From Erysipelotrichaceae bacterium (GTDB lineage: Bacteria; Bacillota_I; Bacilli_A; RFN20; CAG-449): a stretch of 64,000 bases of DNA. The notes under the pieces are model-generated. The model was given only the letters and a program-made list of their open reading frames with translations. It was not told where the DNA came from and did not search any database. A program made the translations under genes and the position numbers. Position 1 is the first letter of the stretch. The number at the start of each line of letters is the position of its first letter. This document shows positions 10,642 through 20,914 of the stretch, one piece after another. The stretch lies in contig SVBA01000008.1 in the NCBI GenBank assembly GCA_015059095.1, positions 21,533-85,532 of the forward strand. Reading direction: 5' to 3'.

Positions 10642-12393
10642 CTAAATCTCCTTTCCTAATAACACTATTTCATTAATAGCAACTTTTTCTTGTCCTTTTG
10701 GACATTTAATTGTAATTGTTATCTTATTAATTTCTAATTCATCAAATTCAAATACCATTGGTGCTCCTGGTCTCATATATAGTGTACTAGTAGCATATGG
10801 TCTACCTTCATTAGAATGTGCACCAAAGTCATATTCAGCATTTTTAATTTGTGCTGTACCTACACAAGGATTTCCTTCAATCTTTTCTCTAAAAGAAAAA
10901 TTAATGCTTGAAATTTGTCTAAATGCAGAATAATAATCTGAACTATTATAAATAAGTAATGATTTTGCAGTTACAAAATTGTCAAAATCAATTGTTACTT
11001 TAATATCTTTAGTTGATTCATATTCGCCTACTTGGTCGTAACTTCTTAATTTAATTAATCCATCACTAATTAATTCACTATTATTAGAATTATTTATTGT
11101 GACTTTAGCCTTTGAAATTAAGTTTTCATATTTCAAAGAAGAATAAACTTTTGGTTGGATAGAAGTTGTTGGACCATTACAGTGTAATATTGTTTGACCT
11201 AAATCATTTTCAACAAATGCTACTCTATCGATAGCAATTCCTCTTTCAAATTGTCCTACACCAGTATAACCTTCACTTAAACGGTTTTTATCTTGGTGAT
11301 AAACAACCCACATATCTTCTCCATCGTTCACAAAACTATGGCTACCTGTACATAAAACATGGTCCCAAGCTTGTGCGCCAAATTCATTCATTTCAACACC
11401 TAGAACAACTCCACCATTTGATTCTTGAACTTTAGTGAAAGGACCTAATGGACTATCACCTAAAGCTTGCATAACTGAGTATTCTGGATCTGAAGTAGCA
11501 CATACTGAGAAAGTTAAATAATATTTACCGTCATGATAAATCATATTAGGTGCTTCATTAATTTGGTTTTCACTACCAGCACCTTCAAATCTTTCAGTAT
11601 ATTCACTTCCTCCAACAGTAGTTTTATTTACTTCTGTTAATTCAACATAAGTACTATAATCTGGAGTCATCCAGTCAATCATTTTAACCCCAGCAATAAC
11701 GTTAGATGGATGAACATTTCTTGTTCTACTCATATATAAATATTTATCTCCTGTTTCAGGATCAATAAATGGAAATGCATCAATATGGCTACTTCCTTTT
11801 TTATAGTACTTGTAGTTTTCGTCGTTTGGATCTAGTAATTCAATATCAAATAAAGGAGTTCCTACATCCATTTCCGTTCCGTTTTTATTAGTACCAACAA
11901 ATGATTTAAATGGACCAGCTGGACTATCAGAATATGCCATACCTAAATATTTTGTTTTAACATATCCATCTTCTTGATTACTATTTGTTGCACTATAGAA
12001 CAAATAATATTTACCATCTTCCTTATCATAGATACATGAAGGTGCCCATAAATCTGATACACCCCACGAACCTGCTGGAGGATTAAAACAAACAGATAAT
12101 GATTCCCAATTTGCTAAATCTTTACTTCTGTAAACGTTAACAGCTTCACTCTTAGCTAAGTACATCATGAAATAGCCTTTATGTTCACCTTCATCAATGT
12201 AAATAACTGTAGGGTCTGCTCCTTCAAAATCTAAATCATTACGATAATATAAATCTGTATTATACCCTTGAACAATATCTTCATTATCGTAATAAGGCAA
12301 ATCAACATTTCCCACAGTATAATAAGAATAACATCCAGATAAACATAATGCAGATGCTAATAATAGGAATAAACTTTTTATTTTATTTTTCAT
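10642..12393 (-). CDS. GH43-family glycoside hydrolase (xylosidase/arabinanase type) lipoprotein with C-terminal beta-sandwich domain
   Basis: Likely start is the second ATG (12393) after AAAGGAGG. MKNKIKSLFLLLASALCLSGC lipobox. GH43 motifs GADPTV..., DLWAPSCIY, and a 5-bladed propeller-like pattern. Confidence 0.8.
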   Translation of the reverse strand: MKNKIKSLFLLLASALCLSGCYSYYTVGNVDLPYYDNEDIVQGYNTDLYYRNDLDFEGADPTVIYIDEGEHKGYFMMYLAKSEAVNVYRSKDLANWESLSVCFNPPAGSWGVSDLWAPSCIYDKEDGKYYLFYSATNSNQEDGYVKTKYLGMAYSDSPAGPFKSFVGTNKNGTEMDVGTPLFDIELLDPNDENYKYYKKGSSHIDAFPFIDPETGDKYLYMSRTRNVHPSNVIAGVKMIDWMTPDYSTYVELTEVNKTTVGGSEYTERFEGAGSENQINEAPNMIYHDGKYYLTFSVCATSDPEYSVMQALGDSPLGPFTKVQESNGGVVLGVEMNEFGAQAWDHVLCTGSHSFVNDGEDMWVVYHQDKNRLSEGYTGVGQFERGIAIDRVAFVENDLGQTILHCNGPTTSIQPKVYSSLKYENLISKAKVTINNSNNSELISDGLIKLRSYDQVGEYESTKDIKVTIDFDNFVTAKSLLIYNSSDYYSAFRQISSINFSFREKIEGNPCVGTAQIKNAEYDFGAHSNEGRPYATSTLYMRPGAPMVFEFDELEINKITITIKCPKGQEKVAINEIVLLGKEI

Positions 12394-12410
12394 AAACATT
12401 TCCTCCTTTA

Positions 12411-13295
12411 TTACATCTTAATTCCTGTTGTTGCTATACCATCAATAAAGTACTTTTGTCCAAATAAGAATAAAATTAATGTAGGTAACAATGATACTGT
12501 TGCACCTGCCATAACGACAGCCCAGTCAGTAGTATAAGTTCCTCTAAAGAAATTTAATGCAATTTGTAAAGTATAATTTTCTGGTGATTGCAAATAAATT
12601 AATGGTCCTAAATATGCATTATATGTACCAACAAATGACAACAAGAATTGTGCTATTAATGCTGGACCAGAAAGTGGTAAGATTACTCTAACGAAAATTC
12701 CAAAGTTTCCTAAACCATCCATTTCAGAACATTCCATTAATTCATTTGGAATTGAATAGAAGAATTGTCTCATAAAGAATACACAAGATGCACTACCTAA
12801 CATCGCAGGTACCATTAATGGAAGGAAAGAGTCTACCCAACCAATTGAGTCAAATAAGATATAGGAAGGAATCATTGATATTGTTCCTGGAATCATCATA
12901 GTTACTAACAAAGTAGTAAATAAGAAATTTTTACTTTTATATTTAAGTTTTGAAAATGCAAATGCTGCTAAAGCTGATACAAGTGTTCCTATAATTGAAG
13001 TAGGAATACAAATAATCATTGAGTTAATAAACCCTCTAACTACAGTTGGCATTGTATCTGATGTACCAGAAGTATAAGTAAATACTTCAATATAACCGTG
13101 TAAATCAAATTCCTTTGGCCAGAATGTGAAAGAAGGATCCATTGCTTCTGCTTTTGTTTTAAACGATGTAATTAATACAACATATAGTGGAGCTAATACA
13201 CATAAAGCAACAAAAGTTAAAACAACGTAAATTCCAATTTTGGATAAAGTTTTCTTTAAATTAGCCATTCTAATCTTTTTAGTCTTCTTAGTCAT
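12411..13295 (-). CDS. Carbohydrate ABC transporter permease (LplC/MalG-like)
   Basis: Six-TM permease with a BPD_transp_1-type EAA-like loop. Overlaps the upstream permease by 8 nt. Confidence 0.85.
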   Translation of the reverse strand: MTKKTKKIRMANLKKTLSKIGIYVVLTFVALCVLAPLYVVLITSFKTKAEAMDPSFTFWPKEFDLHGYIEVFTYTSGTSDTMPTVVRGFINSMIICIPTSIIGTLVSALAAFAFSKLKYKSKNFLFTTLLVTMMIPGTISMIPSYILFDSIGWVDSFLPLMVPAMLGSASCVFFMRQFFYSIPNELMECSEMDGLGNFGIFVRVILPLSGPALIAQFLLSFVGTYNAYLGPLIYLQSPENYTLQIALNFFRGTYTTDWAVVMAGATVSLLPTLILFLFGQKYFIDGIATTGIKM

Positions 13296-14217
13296 AATTC
13301 ACCCACTTCTTGCTTAAAGCAAAGTTTAATATTGTAATTAAAATAATCATTATAGATAAGATCCATGCTACAGCAGATGCTGTACCCATATTTGAATATG
13401 TAAATGCTTCTCTATATAAATAGAAAACCATTGTTATACCTGTAGAGTTAGGTCCACCTAGTCGATCCCAAACTTGTGATCTAGTAAATTCTTGTAATAC
13501 ATCAATTAATCCTGTAACAAACAAATAGAAAATTGTTGGAGAAATTGCAGGTAATGTTACATTAATTACTTTTTCAAATGCATTTGCTCCATCCAATGAA
13601 GCTGCTTCATATAAATTCTTATTTACTGAAGTTAATGCTGCTGTTAGAATAATGATTTTATACCCTGTTGTACTCCATACAGTCATACAGATTAAACCAA
13701 ATCTATACCACTTAGAATCACCTTTCCAATTTATTCTTGTACCAGTTAGCCATTCAATAACGTTATTAGCAACTCCATATTTGTGATCTAAAATAACATT
13801 CCACATCAAAGTAACTGCTACTAAAGAACAAATAAATGGAATAAAGTATACTGTTCTATAGAATGGTTTACCTTTAATCTCTTTAGTTAATAAAATTGAA
13901 ACTAATAGTGCAATAATCATTGATATTGGCCATGACAATGCTAGATAGAAAGTATTACCAATTGATTTCCAGAAGATAGGATCTGTTAATACTTCCTTAA
14001 AGTTATTGAGTGTGAAGCCTTGTTGCATCGCACTAATAACATCAAAATTAAATTTCATTGGTAGAAATGCCATTAATAGACCAACAACTAATGGAATAAA
14101 ACCAAAAATTGCAAATCTTAATACTGGAAAGCAACTAAATACGAAGCCTTGAATATTATTTAGTTTTTTCATTTTCTTTTTACTGTAAGTTTTTCTTACA
14201 ATATTTGCTTGAGTCAT
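13288..14217 (-). CDS. Carbohydrate ABC transporter permease (LplB/MalF-like, with N-terminal extension)
   Basis: RBS AAAGGAGG. Polytopic membrane protein with a permease signature. Followed directly by the partner permease. Confidence 0.85.
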   Translation of the reverse strand: MTQANIVRKTYSKKKMKKLNNIQGFVFSCFPVLRFAIFGFIPLVVGLLMAFLPMKFNFDVISAMQQGFTLNNFKEVLTDPIFWKSIGNTFYLALSWPISMIIALLVSILLTKEIKGKPFYRTVYFIPFICSLVAVTLMWNVILDHKYGVANNVIEWLTGTRINWKGDSKWYRFGLICMTVWSTTGYKIIILTAALTSVNKNLYEAASLDGANAFEKVINVTLPAISPTIFYLFVTGLIDVLQEFTRSQVWDRLGGPNSTGITMVFYLYREAFTYSNMGTASAVAWILSIMIILITILNFALSKKWVNYD

Positions 14218-14237
14218 AGGCTACCTCCTTTATACGC

Positions 14238-14264
14238 AAAAACCCTTTCTTTAAATTGAAAGGG
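14238..14264 (-). terminator. Intercistronic hairpin with U-run between the SBP and permease genes (partial terminator / differential expression element)
   Basis: Minus-strand CCCTTTC-AATTTAAA-GAAAGGG followed by TTTTTG, 9 nt after the SBP stop. Confidence 0.5.
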
Positions 14265-14272
14265 AAAATTTT

Positions 14273-16042
14273 CTATTTTTTTGTAAAGTTATCTAATTCA
14301 GCTTGAGTCTTAGTATATTCTGGTGATTTGTAGAAATCAGATAATAACATATCGCCATTACGGACATCACCATTTAATAAGTTTGCCCAGTCATCAATCC
14401 ATTGAGATGTAGATAATAACCACCAGTCACCTGGAGTTTGATATTCACAAGCATCAATGAAGATTTCAATATTTTCTGGAGAAGCTGCTGAATTTAAGAA
14501 TACATCACTATTAGCAACACTCTTTTGAATTGGAATTGCCCAACCTTCTTCTGCTTGAATTGATTGTCCTTGAGCAGAAGCAATAAATTCAGCAAAGCAA
14601 TATGCAGCATCTTTAACTTGTGATTTAGCATTAATAGCAATACCTACAGAACCACTATGAGCAGCCATTTTACCTCTTACTAATACTGATTTTCCATCAG
14701 CACTATATTCTTTGTATTGTAACATTGGAGCAACATCCCATTCATCTTTCATGTTTGCTCTAACTTGTTTAACTGATGACATAGTGTTAACTAACATACT
14801 TACCTTACCTGAAGTAAAGTAACCTGTTTTACCATCAGAAGAGATTGTTGTTGGGTTTGGTGTAATAGCATAACCTTTAATATCTCCATTAGCATCAGCA
14901 CCATAGAAATCACTAACGCTTGGATAAACGTTTTTAACATTATCTACTGCAACTGTAGATTTTTGTGATAAGCGAACAAATTCTGTAAATGCTTCACGTT
15001 GGCTTGGTAATTCATCTAATTTACCAGCAGCGTATAAATCTTTAACTTCTTTGTTAATACCAGGAACTTTATCACCAAATACATCATCAGTGTCAATCTT
15101 ATCTTGATAAGAAATTGTTTCCCCTGATTTGTATGTTTTTCCATTAACTGTTACTGAATCAACGCCTTCTTTAACGATGTAGTTCTTTGTTGGATCGTTT
15201 AAAGTAAATTTATATCTACCTTCATTATAGTTAGGATCATCTGTTTCAATGTATTGAACACAGTTTCCACCTACAGACCAACCATAGTTAAACCACCATT
15301 CTGTAAAGTATCCGTCTTTACCTTCGTTATAAGACATTAATCTCTTACTTAAGTCGTAACATTCTTGCCAACTCATTGAGATTTTATTATTGAATACCCA
15401 TCCCTTCATACCAGTAGAAGTGAATTTACCTTCTTTATCTTCAAAGTATGCCTTAACTGGATCACCATTTAACTTCATAGTTGCTTCAGGAATACTAATA
15501 GTAGTAATACCAGCATTTTTAAAATGTGTTTTATTATAGAATACTGCTGTTGGAGCAATATCTTTTGGAACAGCCCATAATGGATCATCATCATTAGAAG
15601 TTGTTGTTACTGTATCGTATCTATAACGAGATAAGATATTTGAGAACATATCAGATTCATCTAACTTTGTATCATAAGTACTGTTTTTAACATAATCAGT
15701 TAAATCCAAACAGTATCCTAATGTTGAATATTGTTTAATAAATTTATCTTGGACATAGTAAACGTCTGGTCCTTTTCTACCATTAAGTTGAACTAATAAA
15801 GTATCAGCATAACTACCAGAAGGTCTTTGTGTATAATTAACCTTAAATTTACCACTATATTTTTCATTGAATGTATTAACAATTCTTGTAAAAACTTCTA
15901 CTTCTTCAGGATCTCCCCAGCCCCAGAAATTAACTTCTGTAACTCCATCTTGTTGAGATGTACCATTGCCACAACCAGCAAAGACAGATAAAGAAGCTAA
16001 GACTGTACAAACAGATAAGATAAAATTTTTCATTTTACTCAT
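14273..16042 (-). CDS. Extracellular solute-binding lipoprotein of a CUT1-type sugar ABC importer (LplA-like, large ~590 aa)
   Basis: Real start ATG at 16042 after AAAGGTGG; the track start at 16051 is a GTG inside the SD. MSKMKNFILSVCTVLASLSVFAGC lipobox. SBP family-1 size and composition. No ATPase gene in the operon, which is typical of Lpl/MsmX-dependent systems. Confidence 0.8.
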   Translation of the reverse strand: MSKMKNFILSVCTVLASLSVFAGCGNGTSQQDGVTEVNFWGWGDPEEVEVFTRIVNTFNEKYSGKFKVNYTQRPSGSYADTLLVQLNGRKGPDVYYVQDKFIKQYSTLGYCLDLTDYVKNSTYDTKLDESDMFSNILSRYRYDTVTTTSNDDDPLWAVPKDIAPTAVFYNKTHFKNAGITTISIPEATMKLNGDPVKAYFEDKEGKFTSTGMKGWVFNNKISMSWQECYDLSKRLMSYNEGKDGYFTEWWFNYGWSVGGNCVQYIETDDPNYNEGRYKFTLNDPTKNYIVKEGVDSVTVNGKTYKSGETISYQDKIDTDDVFGDKVPGINKEVKDLYAAGKLDELPSQREAFTEFVRLSQKSTVAVDNVKNVYPSVSDFYGADANGDIKGYAITPNPTTISSDGKTGYFTSGKVSMLVNTMSSVKQVRANMKDEWDVAPMLQYKEYSADGKSVLVRGKMAAHSGSVGIAINAKSQVKDAAYCFAEFIASAQGQSIQAEEGWAIPIQKSVANSDVFLNSAASPENIEIFIDACEYQTPGDWWLLSTSQWIDDWANLLNGDVRNGDMLLSDFYKSPEYTKTQAELDNFTKK

Positions 16043-16358
16043 ATTTACCACCTTTAACCATGTAAACGGTTTCTTTCTATATTTGCATTATATTATTAAA
16101 ATATAATATAGTAAACGTCGAATATTACCCAATAAGTGTAAAATATTCTCATAGATAAAAAATAATTATTTTTTTCGAAAATTTCGGATAAAAGAATAAT
16201 ATTATATATTATAAAGTATTATTTTTAAAAAAAATTGGTTATTTTTACCAAAATTATTTTTCTGAAAAAAGAAAAAAATTCTCAATTTATGAATTATTAT
16301 TCTTTTTTTATTTGTATTATTTTCTCTGAATGTTTAAAATGATTTTAGGAGGTGCTAT

Positions 16359-17198
16359 ATGTATATCAATTCCAATAATGAAAATATTATTTACAATTCC
16401 ATTGATAAAAACGACTTCCTTTCTATTTCAATGGCAGGTATCACTAATCCAAATCCTAATTACCACATCATTCATAATATCAACAAAAATTTCTTCTATG
16501 ATTACTATGTTTTCGAATATGTAATTAGTGGTAAAGGATACATTGAATATGAAAATAATAAAATAATTGAAGTTAACACTGGTGACTTTTATTTTCTAAA
16601 TAAGCTTTGTAAACACATATATTATTCTGATAGACGCAATCCATTTAAAAAAATATTTATCGTTGTTAAAGGTCACTTCATTGATTCACTTATTAACGCT
16701 TTTGATATTAATGAATCAGTGATAGTTACTAAAGCAAATGTTGAACCAATTATCTTAAATATTCATAGTGAGTTAACAAAAGAAGAAATTAATTACCAAA
16801 ATATATCCCATGATATATTGAATCTATTTTACTCTTTTAATAGAAACTTATATGAAGATAAAACAAACGCAATGAAATTGCCTGATTTAATTAGAAAATA
16901 CTTAGATACTTCCTTAACTCAAAAATTAACTCTTGAAAGAATAAGTGAAGAATTGAACGTTAGTAAATCACACATCGAAAGAGTCTTTAAAGAAAGATTT
17001 AATACAACTCCACTTAATTACTTTATGAAGCAAAAAATTAAATATGCGTGTGCATTATTAGTTAACACTTCTTATTCAATCAATGTTATTGCAGAACAAA
17101 CAGGTTTTACTGATTCTAAATATATGGCTAAATGCATAAAAAAAGAAACAGGTATGACCCCGCTTCAATATAGAAAATATAAAACCAATACTTATTAA
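16359..17198 (+). CDS. AraC/XylS-family transcriptional regulator (cupin N-domain + dual HTH), divergent from the glycan operon
   Basis: RBS GGAGGTG. C-terminal LTLERISEELNVSKSHIERVFKERFNTTPLNYFMKQKIKYACALL...TGFTDSKYMAKCIKKETGMTPLQYRK matches the AraC HTH signature. Confidence 0.85.
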   Translation: MYINSNNENIIYNSIDKNDFLSISMAGITNPNPNYHIIHNINKNFFYDYYVFEYVISGKGYIEYENNKIIEVNTGDFYFLNKLCKHIYYSDRRNPFKKIFIVVKGHFIDSLINAFDINESVIVTKANVEPIILNIHSELTKEEINYQNISHDILNLFYSFNRNLYEDKTNAMKLPDLIRKYLDTSLTQKLTLERISEELNVSKSHIERVFKERFNTTPLNYFMKQKIKYACALLVNTSYSINVIAEQTGFTDSKYMAKCIKKETGMTPLQYRKYKTNTY

Positions 17199-17213
17199 AG
17201 TATTGGTCTTTTT

Positions 17214-18125
17214 TTATTTAATTAAAAATCTTCCGTCAACTAGTTCTAATTCTCCCATCCATGTAGAAACAGTATTCCAAGCTATTTTTTCACACTCTTT
17301 TTTCCAACCATGGAAAAATATAATTTTTTTATCATCCTCATCAATAATCGATGGGTGACCTGCCCCTACTACTAAATCATTACTTGAAAGAGTAGGTTTG
17401 TCATATTTATACCAATTTTCTTTTAATAGTGGATCATTGCCAATTAATTTTAAAAATGATATACAATATCCTTTATCCCATGAACCAGAAGCAGAATAAG
17501 CTAAATATAATTCATTATTATAAACAAAAGCAAAAGGTCCTTCATTAATATATGGTTTTCCTTCTACATCTTCAGGAGTACATCCTATCTTTTCCCACTC
17601 ATAGGTTGGAGTAGAAATCATGACTCTTTCACTTGATAAAGTACAAGGGTCTTTTAACTTTGCAATATAAATGTTTTGTCTTACATTTCTATTACCTTCC
17701 CAACCACTCCAAAAATAGTATAGTTCTTCATTAAAGGTAATAACATTTCCATCAATCGCCCACTTATCAGTAGAGTCAGAAATTTTACCTAGCATACTAT
17801 ATTCCTTCATTGGATCGTTTGATCCATTTTCTAGAACATACATCCTATGATTATAATTATTGCCATCATCACAAGCTACATAGATATAACATTTATCATT
17901 AATAATGTGTAATTCTGGTGCCCAAATTTCACAAGAGTACATCTTATTATTAGGAATAAAAACTTTCTTTGATTCAGCAGTTGATATATCATCAATATTT
18001 TTAAAACAAGATACAGAAACAGTTTTTCCATCATCACTAAAACAATGATAATATAATCCATTATGTTTTAAAATAAACGGATCTCTAGTTTTCGCATTCA
18101 TTGTACTTGGAATAATAACTTTCAT
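17214..18125 (-). CDS. GH43-family glycoside hydrolase (cytoplasmic beta-xylosidase/alpha-L-arabinofuranosidase type)
   Basis: Start at internal ATG 18125 (GGAGAACAT-ATG). MKVIIPS... RDPFIL, CEIWAPELH, YIYVACDD motifs. Confidence 0.8.
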   Translation of the reverse strand: MKVIIPSTMNAKTRDPFILKHNGLYYHCFSDDGKTVSVSCFKNIDDISTAESKKVFIPNNKMYSCEIWAPELHIINDKCYIYVACDDGNNYNHRMYVLENGSNDPMKEYSMLGKISDSTDKWAIDGNVITFNEELYYFWSGWEGNRNVRQNIYIAKLKDPCTLSSERVMISTPTYEWEKIGCTPEDVEGKPYINEGPFAFVYNNELYLAYSASGSWDKGYCISFLKLIGNDPLLKENWYKYDKPTLSSNDLVVGAGHPSIIDEDDKKIIFFHGWKKECEKIAWNTVSTWMGELELVDGRFLIK

Positions 18126-18178
18126 ATGTTCTCCTTTCAAAAATATCCGACTTTTTAGCATTAAACAAGTATTTACTA

Positions 18179-19225
18179 TTAAATTTTATCAAAGTAATTC
18201 ATATACATAATCCAATCTTTTAATACTAATTCATGTTTTCCAGTCTTAATGTGATATGCTATATGACCTTTATTATATGAGCAATCCTCTTTTACTTTTT
18301 TTGGTAATACTAGACCATCTACATCATACAAGTTATAATATTGAGAAGCAAGTCTACATGATAATAATTCGCCATTTGGATCTGCCCAGTCATCTTCACT
18401 TGCACTTGATATATAGCAATATCTAGGCGCAATTAATCCTAATAATTGATGTTGATCAAATGGTAAACTCTCTTCATTTCCAACATAATTTCTATAGTTA
18501 TTACAGAACCAATAAGGAAAATTAGCAATGATATCTTTAATTGTTTCTCCAGTATTACCTCTTGATAAAGCTGCTCCAGAATTTCCAGAACAATTAGAAA
18601 TTACAAGATGAAACCTTTCATCCATTGCTCCTGCTAATAATGCTGTTTTGCCACCTCTTGAATGCCCAATAACAGCTACTTTATCTTTATTAAATTCTTT
18701 TCTTGTAGATAAATAATCTAATACTTTACTACATCCCCATGCCCAACTAGACAATACTCCCCAAGAATTTTCATTTTCTGTTAAATTAATTTCTTTAAAT
18801 ATTCCTGTATGCTTACCGTTTTTTGTATCTTCAGAAATAGTACCTGCAGATAATAAAACAACTGCAAAGTTACGTTTGATAATCTCATCGATTGGACAAA
18901 AATCTTTTATACAACTATAATCATCAATTAATTCTTCTCCTTTATCTCTAAGAGGATGAACAATAGTAACAAACGTTTTTAAAAAAAGATTACGTTTCTT
19001 TGGCAAATATATATAAAAATACATCGAATGATTATTATATTTCATTTCAACCTTTTCAATTTTAATTGTCTCTGTCTCTTTTTGTTTAATTATAGAATAT
19101 TTTAATTGATTATCACATTCAAAAGGTCGAACTCCATATTCATGTTCTAAAAATAAATCTAGAGTTCTTTTCCTTTGTTCTTCTATCCATTCATTAATTT
19201 TGTAAGTATTCTTGAAAATATTCAT
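18179..19225 (-). CDS. Alpha/beta-hydrolase, CE15 glucuronoyl-esterase-like
   Basis: Nucleophile motif VAVIGHSRGGKTALLAG resembles the CE15 G-C/H-S-R-x-G-K signature. Translationally coupled (4 nt) to the upstream GH43. Confidence 0.5.
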   Translation of the reverse strand: MNIFKNTYKINEWIEEQRKRTLDLFLEHEYGVRPFECDNQLKYSIIKQKETETIKIEKVEMKYNNHSMYFYIYLPKKRNLFLKTFVTIVHPLRDKGEELIDDYSCIKDFCPIDEIIKRNFAVVLLSAGTISEDTKNGKHTGIFKEINLTENENSWGVLSSWAWGCSKVLDYLSTRKEFNKDKVAVIGHSRGGKTALLAGAMDERFHLVISNCSGNSGAALSRGNTGETIKDIIANFPYWFCNNYRNYVGNEESLPFDQHQLLGLIAPRYCYISSASEDDWADPNGELLSCRLASQYYNLYDVDGLVLPKKVKEDCSYNKGHIAYHIKTGKHELVLKDWIMYMNYFDKI

Positions 19226-19228
19226 ATA

Positions 19229-20146
19229 TTAATCTCTTACCACTTTTAATGTATTTCCTTTAATAATTAATTTTCCAATTCTCATATTTCTATTATCATA
19301 TGGAACACTCTCATCTTCAATATCTCTTCCATGATATATCACATACCATTCATTTTTATATTTAATAATAGAATTATGGCCTGTTCCACTTTCAAATTCA
19401 TTCTTTGATAAAAGTGGTGAATATCCTTTGCTTGAAGGATATTTATTATAAGAAATTTTTGTTAAGTCTTTTTCCTTCGAATTAGAAACAGAATATCCTA
19501 CAAAGTAATATTCATTTTCATAACAATTTGCAGAATACATTAAATAATGAATGCCATTTTCATAAAAATAGCATGCTCCTTCAATGGTGTACCAATCTTG
19601 TCCTTCTTTAAATCTATTCTTCATAAAGATTTCTTGTTCAATACTAGGTTCAACAACAACTTTTGGTTTTCCTTGTAATTCCATTGGACTAATCATTTTA
19701 TCAACAACAATCCTAGTTCCTGCTAATTCTGATTCATAATCATTAATTGAATAGAATAAATATAATCCACTTTCATTTAAAACTGGATGAGCATCAATAG
19801 AAAAAGGAGAAGTTAAATCTCTAACATATTCATATGGTCCTAATATATTTTTAGATGTTGCTACTGTTAGTCTTTGTTCATGAACATCAGTGGAGTTTTT
19901 AGGCATAAACGACACATATAGATAATACGTATCATCAATTTTAATAACCGCTGGAGCCCAATATTCTTTATATTCTTTCAAAGAAAATACAATACCAAAA
20001 TGTTTGTAAGTGCCATGTAATTCATTTGAATAATAACAATGAACTCCATCTACACCAGTAGTAAAAATATAAAAATCGTCATTATCCTTTACTATAAATG
20101 GATCCGGTTGACATAATTGATCACATTTTTCTATTTTTAATTTCAT
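19229..20146 (-). CDS. GH43-family glycoside hydrolase
   Basis: RBS AAGAGGT. QPDPFIVKDN, EYWAPAVIK, YLYVSF motifs. Confidence 0.8.
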   Translation of the reverse strand: MKLKIEKCDQLCQPDPFIVKDNDDFYIFTTGVDGVHCYYSNELHGTYKHFGIVFSLKEYKEYWAPAVIKIDDTYYLYVSFMPKNSTDVHEQRLTVATSKNILGPYEYVRDLTSPFSIDAHPVLNESGLYLFYSINDYESELAGTRIVVDKMISPMELQGKPKVVVEPSIEQEIFMKNRFKEGQDWYTIEGACYFYENGIHYLMYSANCYENEYYFVGYSVSNSKEKDLTKISYNKYPSSKGYSPLLSKNEFESGTGHNSIIKYKNEWYVIYHGRDIEDESVPYDNRNMRIGKLIIKGNTLKVVRD

Positions 20147-20359
20147 AAAAAAATACCTCTTAATGAAATACTATCATTACATATAAAAATAATAAATAGA
20201 TAAAATTATCAAAAAGGTGGAAATTATTATCTTCAATTGCTTAATTAATGAACTTATTATATTTTTTCTATCTAAATTAAATCGATGCATTTATCGAATT
20301 TATTGTAAACATATTGCATTAATGTTATACTTTTTTCATAAAAAAAGGAGGAAAGAATA

Positions 20360-20905
20360 ATGGAATTTAAAGCCTATATTTTATTAGAAGATTCAAATTA
20401 TCAAGACTCTTTAAATAATATTATTGAACAATTATTCCCTTCTTATTTATTATCTTGGAACGACACTATTGCTTCTATAGTTGTTAATGATGATCCAGCG
20501 TTTCAACTAAAATTAGAAAAATTACATACAAGTGCATTCTTTGATTTAAATATTTTATTATCTATATTAATTGTTCCTACTTTTAATAAAATTTTTATTA
20601 AATATCTAAAAAAATTAAAGCATGAAGTATTAACTGCATATGAAATATTTTCTCGTTTATCTCATAATAAAGAAACAAAAAAAGATGCTGATACAATTAA
20701 AGAATCGATAGGTGAAGATAATATAAATACTATAAGAGCATACCTAAAATGCAATATAAACGCTAATGCGGCTGCAGAGGAATTATTTTTACATAAAAAT
20801 TCCTACGCTTACCGAATAAAAAAATTTACTAATGAAACAACTTATGACTATAATGATTTTAATACATTATTATTTTTAAAACTCATATTAACAATTACTA
20901 ATTAA
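20360..20905 (+). CDS. Short PucR/CdaR-type C-terminal HTH domain protein (putative regulator)
   Basis: RBS AAAGGAGG. C-terminal NANAAAEELFLHKNSYAYRIKKFTNETTYDYNDFNTLLFLKLIL resembles the PucR-family HTH_30. Confidence 0.45.
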   Translation: MEFKAYILLEDSNYQDSLNNIIEQLFPSYLLSWNDTIASIVVNDDPAFQLKLEKLHTSAFFDLNILLSILIVPTFNKIFIKYLKKLKHEVLTAYEIFSRLSHNKETKKDADTIKESIGEDNINTIRAYLKCNINANAAAEELFLHKNSYAYRIKKFTNETTYDYNDFNTLLFLKLILTITN

Positions 20906-20914
20906 GGAGAAAAC

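Noticed and set aside
16052-16358. Palindrome CGAAA-A-TTTCG and AT-rich 300-bp divergent promoter region between SBP and araC
   Set aside because: Short 5-1-5 inverted repeat in very AT-rich DNA. Too weak to call an operator without comparative data.
16330-16524. 64-aa ORF overlapping the AraC start
   Set aside because: Alternative frame of the araC 5' end. The AraC frame has the RBS and a recognisable cupin/HTH product.
17876-18061. 61-aa ORF inside the GH43 gene
   Set aside because: Nested out-of-frame ORF. No independent signals.
20147-20359. TCGAT-N6-ATCGA repeat upstream of the PucR-like gene
   Set aside because: Only a 5-bp inverted repeat. Insufficient to call.
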